From assembly GCA_026025795.1 (NCBI GenBank), contig JAPEUG010000131.1:1-38924 (forward strand): a DNA stretch of 38,924 nt, in the 5' to 3' direction. Source of the stretch: Thelocarpon superellum (lineage: Eukaryota). The notes under the pieces are model-generated. The model did no database searches, had not been told where the DNA came from, and saw nothing but the letters and a program-made list of their open reading frames with translations. Shown one piece after another: positions 22,699 to 34,854 of this stretch. Position 1 is the stretch's first letter. Each line of letters starts with the position of its first letter. The position numbers were made by a program, and so were the translations under genes.

Positions 22699-25600
22699 TT
22701 AGATGCTCGCACGTCGAGGCGCCATCGTGCGGCGCACCTTTTTCTTCTCCTCCGTCTCCTCCACCAAAGGGAGCACGCCCTTTTCCCGCATCTGCGTGAG
22801 GAACTTCTTCCCGTATTGATATCCAACGTCGTAGATCTCATCAAAGCTACTGAATTCCAAGGTGCCGTATTGGTCGATCGGAGGTCGCATGTAGAAACAG
22901 CCCGGCGTCGTCTTGGCTCGCTCGAGCGCGTCCACGCTCGAGACGTACGTCAAGCGTGACTGAATCTCGGACAAGGTGGGTGGATTGGGATGGGTGGAGA
23001 AGGGATTCCACCGATTCAGCGAGGCCCAGAACCCGGACAGCGTGTCTCCAAACTGTTGGGCCGAGTCATCGTCGACACTGCCTACGTCCACGGCAAAGAT
23101 GACGTCGGCGCCGAGCGACTTCATGTGCGCGACCGTCAGATTGTCCACGTAGCCTCCGTCGAGGAGCATGTTGCCTTCATCACAGAGCGGCGGAAGCAGC
23201 CCGGCCAACGACATGGACGCTCGCACGTAGCGCCATGCGTAGCCGCTCGTGTGAATCTCGGAGCGGCTCTTGCTGATGTTGGTCGTGTTGCAATAGAACT
23301 CGAGCCAGAAGTCCTCCATCTGCGAATCACCCAGCGTCTTGAAGATGCCCCGGTTGAACTCATGCCCGGTCGTGTACGACACGGCGGGGTAGGTGAGATC
23401 GAGGGCGAAGCGCCACATGCTGCCCATCCGCGCCGAGAATTTCTTGGCCCGGCCGTACATGGGCACCAGATCGCCGTCACGCGCGTACAGCGCCCCGATG
23501 AAAGCGCCGATGGACGTCCCGCCGACGATGTCAATCGGGACCCCGGCTTCTTCGAGGGCACGAATGATGCCGACGTGCGAGATGCCTCGTGCACCGCCGC
23601 CGCCAAGGACGAGCCCCACGGATTTGCCACAGATGCGGCGGGCGAGGCGGTGAAAATCGCCTTTGAACGGGCTCTCGCTCGAGTAGACGGGAGTCTGTCG
23701 GACGCGCCGCGACGTGTACTTTTGAATTTCCGCTTGGAGCACCTGCACGCGCTGCTTGAGGGCGGAGCCGAAGCGTTTGATCTGCGGATGAATCGGCTCC
23801 GAGCTGGTGCGAAAGGCCATCTGGATGTGATGGTGGCCACCGTTGATCCACACGCGATTCTACCCACGTCAGTTCAAGAAGTCGACGAGCCCGACGGTAG
23901 GGGACGAGCCTTCAACCACTGGCGTGTCAGCCCGGGCGGCGAATATCGGTCCGCGTGCAGCAGCACCAGCTCTTTACGCGCCGTCGTCTTCATGCCCAAG
24001 AGGAAGCGCTCAAACTCGCCGATCTGGGGAGAGCCCTCGGCGAGCGCGACGAGCAAGATGCAGTCCGCCTGGCTGATGCAGGTCTGCGTCCATGGGGAGT
24101 TGACATTCGTGTCGGCCACTGCGCACGCACCCTCAGCACGGGAGACGACCCGAGAGGAGAGGATCCCAGGCGGAACGGGGGAAGCACATACCGTACAGCA
24201 CCATGCCATACTTTTCCTCCAGGTCGGCCAGATATTGGGAGAGCTTGAGCCGACCCATGCGACTGAAAGCGTGCCGGCCGAGATGGTTGAGAATGGCGGC
24301 CTGGTTCAAGGATGTGACGCCATTGAGGGTGCCAATCTGCGTCAGCGCGCTCAACAAGCGACTTCCAAATTCCACCACAGGCACGCCGGCGGTGACGGGC
24401 AGGATAGCGACAGTGCGCAGGTTGACGGTCGTGGTGACGTTGGCGCTGGTAGCGGCGGTGGCGACCCGCGAGGATGCACCCGATTCCGACAGAGGGTCCT
24501 CGATCAAGGCCCGCATGCGCGAGGCGATGATCTTGGAGATCTTGATGGTGATGCCCGGGTGTTCGAGGGCGAGACTGTTGAAGAGGCTCTTGGGGAACTT
24601 GGCCAGCTCGGTATCTCGGATGGCGTGCAGGGTGGCGGGCCGGGTGGACTCGGTCATGACCTCGAGTTCGCCCACGCTCTCACCCTGACCATACTCGCCC
24701 ACGACGCGCATCTTACCAGTGTCCTGCTCTCGGACCGAGCGGAGCCGGCCATTCAAGACGATGTAGATGGCGTCACTCTCATCGTTTTGGTGGTAGATGA
24801 CCTGTCCGGCATTGACCTGAACCCACTCCAGGGCAAAATCGATGTGCAGGATCAGGCGCGGTAAGAGGCTGGTCAGTCGTTTGGCCATGGTCAGCAAGAC
24901 CACGGGGTAGCGGTCAACGATGCGCTCAAGCGAGGAGCGAGGAAGGAAGCCCACGTAAACATCCGTCTTGGCCCGCACATCGATGAACGACCGGTAGGAG
25001 GAGATGGTGCCGACGTAGCCTGCCACGCCACCGGGCTTGATCAAGAAGAGGCTACGGCGGGAGGCCGGGCCGCGTCGTTTCGTGGTACCATGGCGCCGCG
25101 CTCCAGCCGGCCCCCCGCGGGCGCCGGAAACGAGATGGTCCATGGACGGTCCGCTTGACTGCATGGACGCGAACATGTCCGTGCTCGCAGCCTCATCGTC
25201 GAGCGGAATGCTCACGTCGAGGAATCCATCGATGACGTAGTAGAGACCCGGGTTGCGTTCGCCCTGCTCGACCAGGACGGCGCCTTGAGGGAAGAAGACG
25301 ATCTCGACGTCATCCTGCAACTCGTTGGCCAAGGCATCACCTCCGGGGGACTGCAAGCTCAGGGCCGAGAGCGAGGCGGAGGCTTGCGATTCCGAGTCAC
25401 CGTCGGCCGATCCATCGTAAGGATCAATGAAGCCAAAGGCGTTGCTGAAGACGGCCTTCTGCCGTCGCGAGTCATAGGACACGAGACGGGGGGATTGCTC
25501 GACCGACTCCACTCTTCGTGGCGTGATCTTGGTATTGGTCAGTCCAATGGCCTTGAAGATGCACTCGAGAATGGACTCGCGGAAAATCCGGTCGTCGGAC

Positions 25601-27552
25601 AGCGATTCGGGCCGATGGAGAGTACCGGCGGGCAGAGTTGGGGCCACGAACGGCTGGAAGCTGCGCTTGCCCAGGGGACTTTGGGTCTCGGGACGCCCCT
25701 CGGCCGAGCCGTTCTGGCATGGCTGTGGCGTGGAGTCCGACGGTATGCTCGGACGTCCCCGGCGGCCGCCGGTCCGGGACATCTGGATGTTGGTAAGTAA
25801 GTCGCCCGGGTGAACGCCGCCACCATTGAGCTCGTTAGCGCGCCCAGAGTATGACACCGATCGAGCCGAGCCGTTGGGCGTGGCGGACGCGTCGTGGGGC
25901 GAGGGTGTGTTTGCTTGGCCGCCGTTGACGGCGTCGCGACGGAGGCCACTACTGGGCCGCCTGTGACGGCGGGCCCCGGGGTTGTGCAGCGCGATCCCCT
26001 TCATGCCTTCTTCCGATGCGATGCGGTCCCGCTCCGCGCGAAACTTCTCCTTCAAGCGATCCAGTGCCGAGCCCCGCAGGAAGTTGGGGAGGTCGTAGGT
26101 GGTGTAGCGGTTCATGTCCTTCTCCGTCCGGAGCACTTCGTCGGTAAGCCCCAGGTACGAATGAGCCGTGGCGAGGGTGACTCGTTGCAGGCGGGTGAGG
26201 ATGACCTGGACAATATGCGCCGTCGCACGGGGATAGACACGGGTCAAGCGGCGAAAAGCGGTGGCGGGGATAATGGCGATTGTGGTGTCAACGGTGGCCC
26301 GCGCCAAGATATCTGGGTGCACAGACATGGATCGATGGAGTGTGCCGCGCGGACGTTGCCGACCGGGGGCGCCGTGTGTGGGGCGAGCGCCTGGGTGCCG
26401 GGGGTCTGGCGGCGGGTCCAGGGAGAAGGGTGGGATAGAGGGGAGGCGATCCCCCGCAGTCATCGTCAGCGCTGAGGGGCGGTTGTCGCGTGCGATGCCT
26501 GAAGCATGGGGACTACCGGGACCAGCCGTGGGGCTGGAAGGAGTCGAGCCGCCCATGAGCCCAGCACTCCGCGGCTCGCGGCCAGGGGTCAACTTGCCCG
26601 ACGAGGCCAAATCATTGCCAGGATCCTCCTCGTCGCTGTGGCGCAGCTGGACGTCTTCCGTAAACAAGGACAGAATGGAAAACAGGGAGGACATGGGCGC
26701 GCCATTCTTGACCTCGGTTAATAGCTGATAGCCCTGGCTGCCTTGGTTTTGAGGCTCATCCTCCTCCTCGTCTTCCTCGACGTAGGACCATCGACCCTGT
26801 TCGCTGGCCGCGGCGTTGCTCGGGGAGGTCCGGCCATCGCGGCTCGACTTGACGAAGATCTGGACGAGACCGTCCACGACGAGACAGAAGCCCTTTTCCT
26901 CCTCCAGCAGAAGAGTCTCGCCAGCGATCATCTTCCGCGTCTGCATGGTGCGAGTCAACTCATGGAACACGGGCCGCTCGAGGTAGCCGAAGACCTTGAT
27001 GGCGCTCAGAAACTCGTCGAGATAGTTGGCCAGGCCGGGCTTGGAGTCGCCCTCCTGGGTGTCGGGGAAGAGCTCGATCTCCGGCTGTGTGCGCGGCGGC
27101 TCCAGCGGTAAGCGGGCGTACATGTTGAGATAGCGGTAGCGGATCAACCAGCTGATGGAGGAGGCAATGGCAAGGGCGATGAGCAAGCTAAGTGGGCCCG
27201 GTCAGTCAGGGGCCGGCGGGAGGACCATGACGAGCCAGGCTCACAGAGTGGTAAAATTCATGGTAAAGGTCAGGCTGGTGGAGAAGAGGGTGAACAGCCA
27301 TGTCGGGAGGGTCAGGCTCAGGAACGTGATGAGCCAAACCAGCAGGCTAGGAATCACCTTCAACACCGTGAACAGATGGCGTCCGATTCGCACGGGCGCC
27401 GAGGTGGGAGGACCATTGGGAGGGATGATCATGGTCTCGACGGTTGACAGCACCGAGGGAAGGGAGGTCACGGCGCTGGCAGCGACGGTGCTGCTGAGCG
27501 AGGTGGGGTGGATGACCCCGCCAAGGACGGAGGAGAGGTCGGAGGCCGACAT
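22699..27552 (-). CDS. NTE1: Lysophospholipase NTE1 (neuropathy target esterase; cNMP-binding plus patatin domains)
   Basis: Exons 27552-27245, 27187-24192, 24118-23910 and 23859-22699. N-terminal TM segments, cNMP-like domains and patatin motifs GGGGARG, GTSIG and DGG are present, and the protein ends APRRASI. Confidence 0.96.
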
Positions 27553-28292
27553 GACGGCGGCGTGGGCGGAGGGGCAGCCCCACCACGCACGGGGGCCGAC
27601 GATCACCCGTCAGACACCCTGATCAGTGGGCGGTGCCGTGGCGATTATGGACAAGCTCATCAGGTCACACGAGGGGCAGATGACGGGCGGGGCCATGCAT
27701 TTGCGAGTGGCATTGGGATTCCACGCGTTTGGAGGAGCAAGATGCACCTATGAGAAGACGCGATGGCAGCATGCGCTCAGACGGACCGCGCTGGGGGCTC
27801 ATCCGAGTGCCACCCTGCCGCTGAATCCGACTTAATCTGACCCCCAGCCAAAGCTAAATCCTCGGCTCCGTCACGTCCACCACCTCATTTATGCCCGGGG
27901 CCCTCCAAGTTACGCGTAACGACGAGAGATGCGGTCGTACTGACGCACCCCGGTTATTCCACTGGAGATGGGTGGTCTATTCTACGGAAGCTATCCGTCG
28001 TTCTAATATACAGCTATTGTGGGTCACGTGAAGCGGCTTACTCAGAAGCCTCGAGCTCCCGTATAGAGCCTCCACAGTACCAAGAGCGACAAGCGGAGAC
28101 CCTGGCCCCCGCACCTGGGCTCCAGTTTGCGAACAATCTCACTTGATCATCAGATATCAAAGGGGTACCACGGCGCTCAGACGCAGCGAAATCTTCACAG
28201 GACTCAGAAAGATGACCACATTCTGCCATTGCTTGCCATCTGCTTACCCTACAACTCGTCCTAAGGGGAGCCACGCGCAGGCTGATCAGCCT

Positions 28293-29453
28293 CTACTGTC
28301 CCTTGGTTGCCTTGGCGCCATCTGGCGTCTGCAGGCTTTTGCCATGTTGAATCGTTGCCCGATCCCACTGCCAGCGATAAAAGGGCCAGGCCAGCGAGCC
28401 AACGAAGCCTAGGATCCAGTCCCACACGGCGATGTTACGCGGACTTGGGCCCCGCATGTTGTTCAGCAGGATGGCCGTGTCCATGTCCATGGTGATGAAG
28501 AAATTTCCACGTCGCAGGCCGGCCAGGAGGGTGTCCGCAACCACCGAGGTCGAGAGGCCGCCCAGATTCTTGTCCGATCCCTCGAGCTCCTTGCACAGCG
28601 CCGGTTTCCGTTTCTGCTCCTCGTAGAAGGCGTCCGTGTAGATGGTGCCGGGGAAGGCACAGTGCGCGCGGATTTCTTGTTGGCTGCGGTAAAGGAGAAG
28701 TTCTTGCCGCAGCGTGTCCGCCAGGGCCCGTGTTGCCGTCTTGGTGGGCGTATACGCGCTGTATCCCGGCAGGCACACAAACGCCGCCGTCGATGCCGTC
28801 AGGATGATATGGCGCGATTCCCCGGTTGCCGGAGGTTGGGCAATCCACCGCCGCAGGATGGAATGTGTGATGAAGGCGGCGGAGAAGTAGTTGCGGTCGA
28901 AGCAAGCCCGCATGTCCTCGCAGGAAATGTCGGCAAAGAAGCCAACCTCATCCGCCGTTCCGCCGGCAACGCAGAACAGAGCGGTGGGGAGGGTCTCGAG
29001 CGAGGCGGCGAAGGCGTCCACCTGACGGCCGCGTTGGTCAAAAGGCCCGTCACCATGGCATGGACTATGGCCTCTCACTCACCTTGGCAGCATCCGACAG
29101 GTCCACTGACCGCGCCTCCACGGTCTGCTGGTCAGACTTGCGCACCTTGAGCAGTTCGTCCCTGGTTTTTTCGAGAGCCTCCTTGCCGCGAGCGAGAATG
29201 ATGACATTGGCGCCTTTGGCGTAAGTCAGCGTCCAGGTGCGAGGACGTGTGGGGTGGCAGCCGCGGATAATCACCTTGTGCGACCACTTTCAGGGCCAAT
29301 TCTCGCCCCAGCCCCTTGGAGCCTCCGGCGATGACCACGGACTGTGACGGGCATCAGTGGTGTGCTCCTTTGGCCAAGGAGACCGCTCCTGACAGCCCGG
29401 CCGGTAGGACAGACCTGGCCATCACCCGCTTCAAATCGGCCACTTCCGGCCAT
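28293..29453 (-). CDS. 3-ketodihydrosphingosine reductase (TSC10/KDSR)-like short-chain dehydrogenase
   Basis: Exons 29453-29415, 29341-29275, 29213-29083 and 29021-28293. Motifs GGSKGLG, GANVIILAR, LFCVAGG, NYFSAA, GYSAYTPTK (YxxxK), RALADTLRQE, FPGTI and the KDSR-type C-terminal MRGPSPRN..WD. Confidence 0.85.
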
Positions 29454-31828
29454 AGCCGCGATTTACTGGGCACTGGTGATGACTGATACACTGGAAGTCG
29501 TCGTTGGCACGAATCGTGCAGCGTGATTGTGGAAGTCTATCAAGAACTTTGATCGAAAGGCCTATGTTGAAGCACTCACGCTTCTGGCAACGAAATCTGA
29601 CCAAACATTATTGCCGACGTGAATCTAACACTCGGCAATCCTGGCCGGTTAAACCTTCTGCCGAGAAGCTCGTCGCTCGTTGGATTGCTGAGCTGCCGGT
29701 ATGGATATTCACCTGAAATCCTCTGAAGGGGTCCCACGGCCGCTTCTTTCGGGTGACAAGGGTCTAATGAAGAAAACAAAGGTGTCTCATGCCAATGACT
29801 TCATCGAGCCGTATGCACGATCTATCTTGTGTGTCGGCCGTCTCAACGTGCACGTATAGTGCAATTCCTAATTGCCAACAAGACTGCCGAGTCTGTCTCC
29901 CAGGAACAAAACCGGTGAAACCCAAGGCCCCGAGGAACACAGCCAGCAAGGCCGGAGTCAATGCCTACATAAAGACTAATACAGCAAGAGAGATGTTACG
30001 GCTCAGAAGATGGCCAGAGTAACAAAGGCGGTCTCGGACAATTCTAATTCGCTTAGCGCAGAAGTTTGGAGTCGGAGGTCCAATCTCTACCGCACCGTGC
30101 AAATGTTAGTATGAATCCGACGCTGCTAGAAATGTAAGTAAGGCGCGAAGGAAACCACGGAGACCGCTGCGCATGCAAATCTATCGCAGCCGCTGAGGCA
30201 TGGAGAAGGCCATATCAGGTGGGGTCCAAGATTCACATGATATTTTCCGCCCTCATACGAGATGATCGTGTTCAGGACGAACACGTTGCCTGGGCATGCG
30301 GCGCATTCCATTTGCGACACGGCCCATAACTTGGCCAGTGTTGGCGCGCTGGCCGAAGAGCCTGGTGCACGCAATTAATAAGGTTAATGGAGGCGAAGCA
30401 CGGTAGTTTGTTTCGTGTCCGATCGCCGGCATTTTTTGGCCCGCGTAATCTGTGCAGTCGCTTGGCCCCCGTTCAACCAAAGTCATCCTTGCGCCCGTAG
30501 CTCGCCAAGATGATACTGCATCACAACGCGTGTCGTTTCTGGACCCCGCATGCGCATCGGCAGGCGGATTGGATCGCTGTGTTTACATTGGCATGGCGGG
30601 CATGCCGGGGCGCTATCTTGCCACGATCCGCGGTCTCAGCCATGCTGACCGTCGGCCCCATCGTTACGGGGACGCTTGAGCGGACCATCACATGCTCGAG
30701 ACGCGAGCGGTCCACAGATATCCGGCGGGCCTGCATCTAGAAGAATGGAACAGTTAGACCCGCAACTGCGGAGGAGGTCACTGCGCGCGCATGGCGGTAG
30801 GGCTGCCAGCTGATGGTATCAGTTCATTGGATCGCCTTGCAAAAGCAGGCGCGCCGGAGAAAACACAACAACTGTAGCGGAGTGGTCGCGGAGTTCCGGT
30901 ACTGTTCCTTCGTACTTTACCTCGACCTAGACCCGCATCGTTTCCGTTACTCAGGACTATCGAACGTGTGTCCTGCGCGATGATCGACGGGTCCATTTGG
31001 GACTTCGTACTTTGGCTAAGACGTTCGAATAACAACCGGTCGGATGAGTACCACGTCCGACGGTGGTCGTCTGCAGGGTAGTTTGTGCTGCGAGTACAAA
31101 CTTTCGGAGAACCTGTCCGTCGGCAATCTAAAAGCGGAGCCGGACTGAACCAGCCCCAATCATCCACAACAGCAATGGACCAGGGTGAGGAGCTGAGCTG
31201 AAAGGAGAGGTGAGCTCATGTCGGGCACCGTCGTCCGCCCGATCGTGGGGGCGAAGATTGTTCCATGTGGAAAAAGGCTGATAGGCAGGCAAGCGGCCCG
31301 TATGAGGGCCGCCGACTTCCCATGAACGGAATCGGGAAGTTTTGGGGGTCCCGGACGTGCCACAGCGCACGACGAGTCATCCCCGTCGGATGGACGCCCG
31401 AGTAGAAGTGACGGTAGGTTGCTGCGGGCTCGGGATATGCGCACGCTGACCACCAGGCTGCGCCCTCTCGGCGTGCGCGTTCTGTAACACTAGCAGCATG
31501 TGCGCTCGGTTACCATTGCCTGAAGGCTAATCGCCCATGCATGATCATTATTGGACCCTCTCCCTTTTAATTCGAGTCGATGGTCCAGCTACCGGCACGG
31601 CAAAAGCGGCCCCCGCGGGTGCAGGCGGTGTTGACCAGCGCGCACCGGCGAGCGTTGCTGGAAGAGTGTTCCCACATTCAGCAAGATATAAGAAAGAGCC
31701 ATGCCGCTCTCGTAGTTGACTTACCCCGTCCCTGCTCACGCCGACGCCGACGCCGAAGCTCTCATTCATCTCCGCAGTCCCTTGTGCCACCCAGGTAGTT
31801 CTTCGCAGATCAAGCCGCGGCCTTCACC

Positions 31829-32788
31829 ATGTCTACCTCGACTTCCAACACGATTGTCATCACCACCACTGGCTGTCCGGCATATGTAGACGGCTATGAC
31901 ACTTCGTACAACTACGTCCCATCCCGCGCTGCAGGCATCGCCTTTGTCACTCTCTTCTCGCTTGCCACCGCCCTTCACACGATCCAATTTATCTGGAAGC
32001 GCCAGTGGTGGTGCAGCGTGTTCGCCATTGGTGCGCTGAGTATGTCTTGCACCTGGCCCTTACCTCGGCCACGGCCTCCCAAGCGCTCACGCTGACCACG
32101 AGCAGCGGAGGTGATTGGCTGGGCAGGCCGCCTGTGGTCGGCCAACTGCCCATACAACAAGAATGCCTTTCTGATGCAGATCTCGACGCTCATCATCGCC
32201 CCAACCTTCTTTACCGCCGGCATCTACATCATCCTGGGCCGGATGATCAAGCTGGTTGGGCCCCACACCAGCCCCATTAGCCCGCGCACCTACCTCTTCA
32301 TCTTCTGCACTTGCGACGTCATCTCGCTGGTGGTTCAAGCTGTGGGCGGTGGACTCGCGTCGGTGGCATCCAACTCAATCAACGGAAACACCAAGCCCGG
32401 CACAAACGCCATGGTGGCCGGTATCGTCTTCCAGATGGCCTCCATCACCGTCTTCCTCTACTTCTTCGTCACCTTCTGCCTTCGTGCGCAGATGTCGACG
32501 CAGCCGTCGAAGCTGAAGGTGCTCCTGGTGGCCTGCTGCTTCTCGGTTACGGCCATCTACATTCGAAGCATCTACCGGACGATTGAGCTGGCCCAAGGCT
32601 GGTCGGGGTACCTGATCACGCACGAGTCCTACTTCATCGGTCTCGACGGCGCGATGATGATCTTTGCCGTGACCATCTTCAACGTCGTCCACCCCGGATG
32701 GTTCCTGTCGGAGCCGGGCGCCCAGCATGCCATGTCTACCAAGCCGCAGAACGGTTTGCAGAGGGAGGTGGGGGACATGGAGAAGTAA
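31829..32788 (+). CDS. RTA1-family (Rsb1/Rta1-like) 7-TM lipid-translocating exporter
   Basis: Exons 31829-32039 and 32106-32788. Motifs YNYVPS.AAG..F..LF, EVIGWAGR, FLMQI..LIIAP.F..AGIY..LGR, F..CDVISL.VQA.GGG and IRSIYR.IELAQGW.GYLI.HE.YF..LDG.MM, HPG. Confidence 0.93.
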
Positions 32789-33689
32789 AGTAGATTCGTT
32801 CGAAGTGGACCGGGACTGTCATCGGCTGTGTCTGCTTTGTCTTTTGGGCTCTGTTCTCTCTACAGGACCTTTTCAAGATTGGACTAGAGATTTTTTCGTT
32901 GCTGTTCAAACTCAGCCACACCTGTTGAAGCTAGCCAGGGAGAATCGCAAAGTTTGTGGGGTATCACCCTACGAGTATATTCATCGATAAACCGCTCAGT
33001 AACGCCAAACGGGAAGATGTCCTCGGGGCCAACATGAATACTGCCGGTGTAGGTAGAGCGGGAAGAGCGCCGGTCAGCCCGAGACGCCGCTTTTGCGGCC
33101 ACAATTACGAAAAGACGGGGTCGATGCGCGCCTGTACGTGTACGTGTGCGCGTACGTGTGCATTTGGAGAGAGCTGGATCATGCGAAGGACAGGTATAAC
33201 CGAGAAACCCGTGGTCAGCATACGGCTCGGGAGCAATGGTGCCAGGACCCTTTTCCCCAGAAAGGATAGCTTTGCGAAGCGACCCGCCTCTAACGAAGCC
33301 ACGCAGTCAGCCCTATACGAGGACTCGGCACCGGTCAATCCTTGCCCAACCGCTCGGCTCCCAAGTCCTGCGCGCGGGTTAGGTTACACGACACCAGCAG
33401 TGCCTCGCACCATTGGAACAACCGAGGTGTGGTTGCGCGATCGAAGGTGGCGTCACGACACCAAGACGAGTGGCGAGACCGGAATACGAGCACAGGGCGT
33501 CACCGGTGTCAGTACACGACCTCAAACGCCAACGTGGTTCGTGAGCGCGGAGAATACGCAGTCAGAAGACGGATGACAAAAGATTGCTCGGAGGTTTGCA
33601 CGCACATAGAGCACCCACTAGCTTTGACCACGACATATCCACCACCTCCTCTTCGTCTTGAACCCCAAAGCCATGCACAGCACGCAACG

Positions 33690-34433
33690 ATGAGCAGCCC
33701 ATCAGAGGCCAAAGCTGCCCAACGACCGAGCAACGACCGCGGAGCATGTACACGAAGCTGCTCCTAGCCATCTACGACACGCTCGTGTGCACGTCGTCTC
33801 GAACCGCGTGGCATGGCAATGCCCGACGGCGGCGATGCTCGAGCAATACAACCTCCATCGGAGCGGGAACCACCTGGACGTAGGCGTAGGCGTAGGCGTA
33901 GGCGTAGGCGTAGGCACGGGCTAGTTTCTACACCACGCCCACTTCCGGTGCCGAAGCCCCGCCTGGCACTGCTCGATCTCGACCCGACGCCCCTCGAGCA
34001 TACCGCGCGGCGTGTCGCGCGGTACCACCCGCAGACCATCCTGGCGGACGTGCTTTCGCCGATCCATGTCCCCGCGCTCCCAGTTGGCCCCACTGCGACA
34101 GCCACGACCACGGCCGCCGCCGCCCAATTCGACTCCATCGGCGCCAACTACGTCTTACATGTCCTACCGGGCGACGGGGTCAGGGGGAAGGCAAGCGCGC
34201 TGGATAGTCCAAAGGCGCATCTTTCCCCGCGTGGTGTCTTCTTTGGCGCCACCATTCGGCACGACACGCACCGCCACTGGCTCGCGCGCGCCCTGATGGC
34301 TCTTTATAATCGCCGCGGCAACTTTAGTGATACCCACGACCGCGTGCCGGACCGGAAGGAGTTGGAGCTACGCTTTCGGCATGTGCGTATCGATATCCGT
34401 GGCTGCGTCGCGCTATTCGTTGCTAATGACTAG
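33690..34433 (+). pseudogene. Degenerate class I SAM-dependent methyltransferase
   Basis: Pieces lie in different frames: YTKLLLAIYDTLV / VSNRVAWQCPT...NHLD(VG)6TG* / LALLDLDPTPL...ADVL.P...FDSIGANYVLHVLPG...K...L.P.GVFFGATI...LMALYNRRG.FS..HD...F..V.....GCVALF. At least three frameshifts and an in-frame TAG at 33922-33924. Confidence 0.82.
33880..33915 (+). repeat. (GTAGGC)6 microsatellite
   Basis: Six perfect hexamer copies inside the methyltransferase motif I region. Confidence 0.95.
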
Positions 34434-34854
34434 ATGAGGGCATATGGATTTCGCTCTATTGCTTCTGACTTCCTCTCGTGCAGGGGAATCGATTGGGTCC
34501 ATTTCAAATAGTGGTCAGGGCTCCAGAAGAGCATCATCTCTGATCTTGGCAGATATCGGGCTCATGAAACATACAAAGCATAGCATGTCATATCGAATGG
34601 AAATAGTAATGATGATCAAGTCATCGACACGAAGAAGTGGTGGTCCAAGACGTGACGTGCTCCTTTGCCACCGTCGTCGCTCCCTCCCCTTCGCCCCTTA
34701 GCTCCGCGCCGGCTTTAGTTCAGTCCGAGGCAAAGGCCACAACGCCCATGCACCACAGCACAAAGGTGTTGCTTCAACGGATCATATCCATGCCGTGCAT
34801 TAAGCAAGTGAGACGGATGTGTGGAGCGTTGGGGCCTCGGCGGCGACCACACAT

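Noticed and set aside
22990..24864. 624-aa plus-strand ORF antisense to NTE1
   Set aside because: No recognisable motifs. It mostly mirrors the NTE1 codon frame, as expected for a GC3-rich gene (shadow ORF).
29460..31820. Short ORFs and CGG-containing motifs in the long SDR-RTA1 intergenic region
   Set aside because: No coherent coding signal, transposon motif or RNA structure was recognised, and CGG motifs are expected by chance at this GC content.
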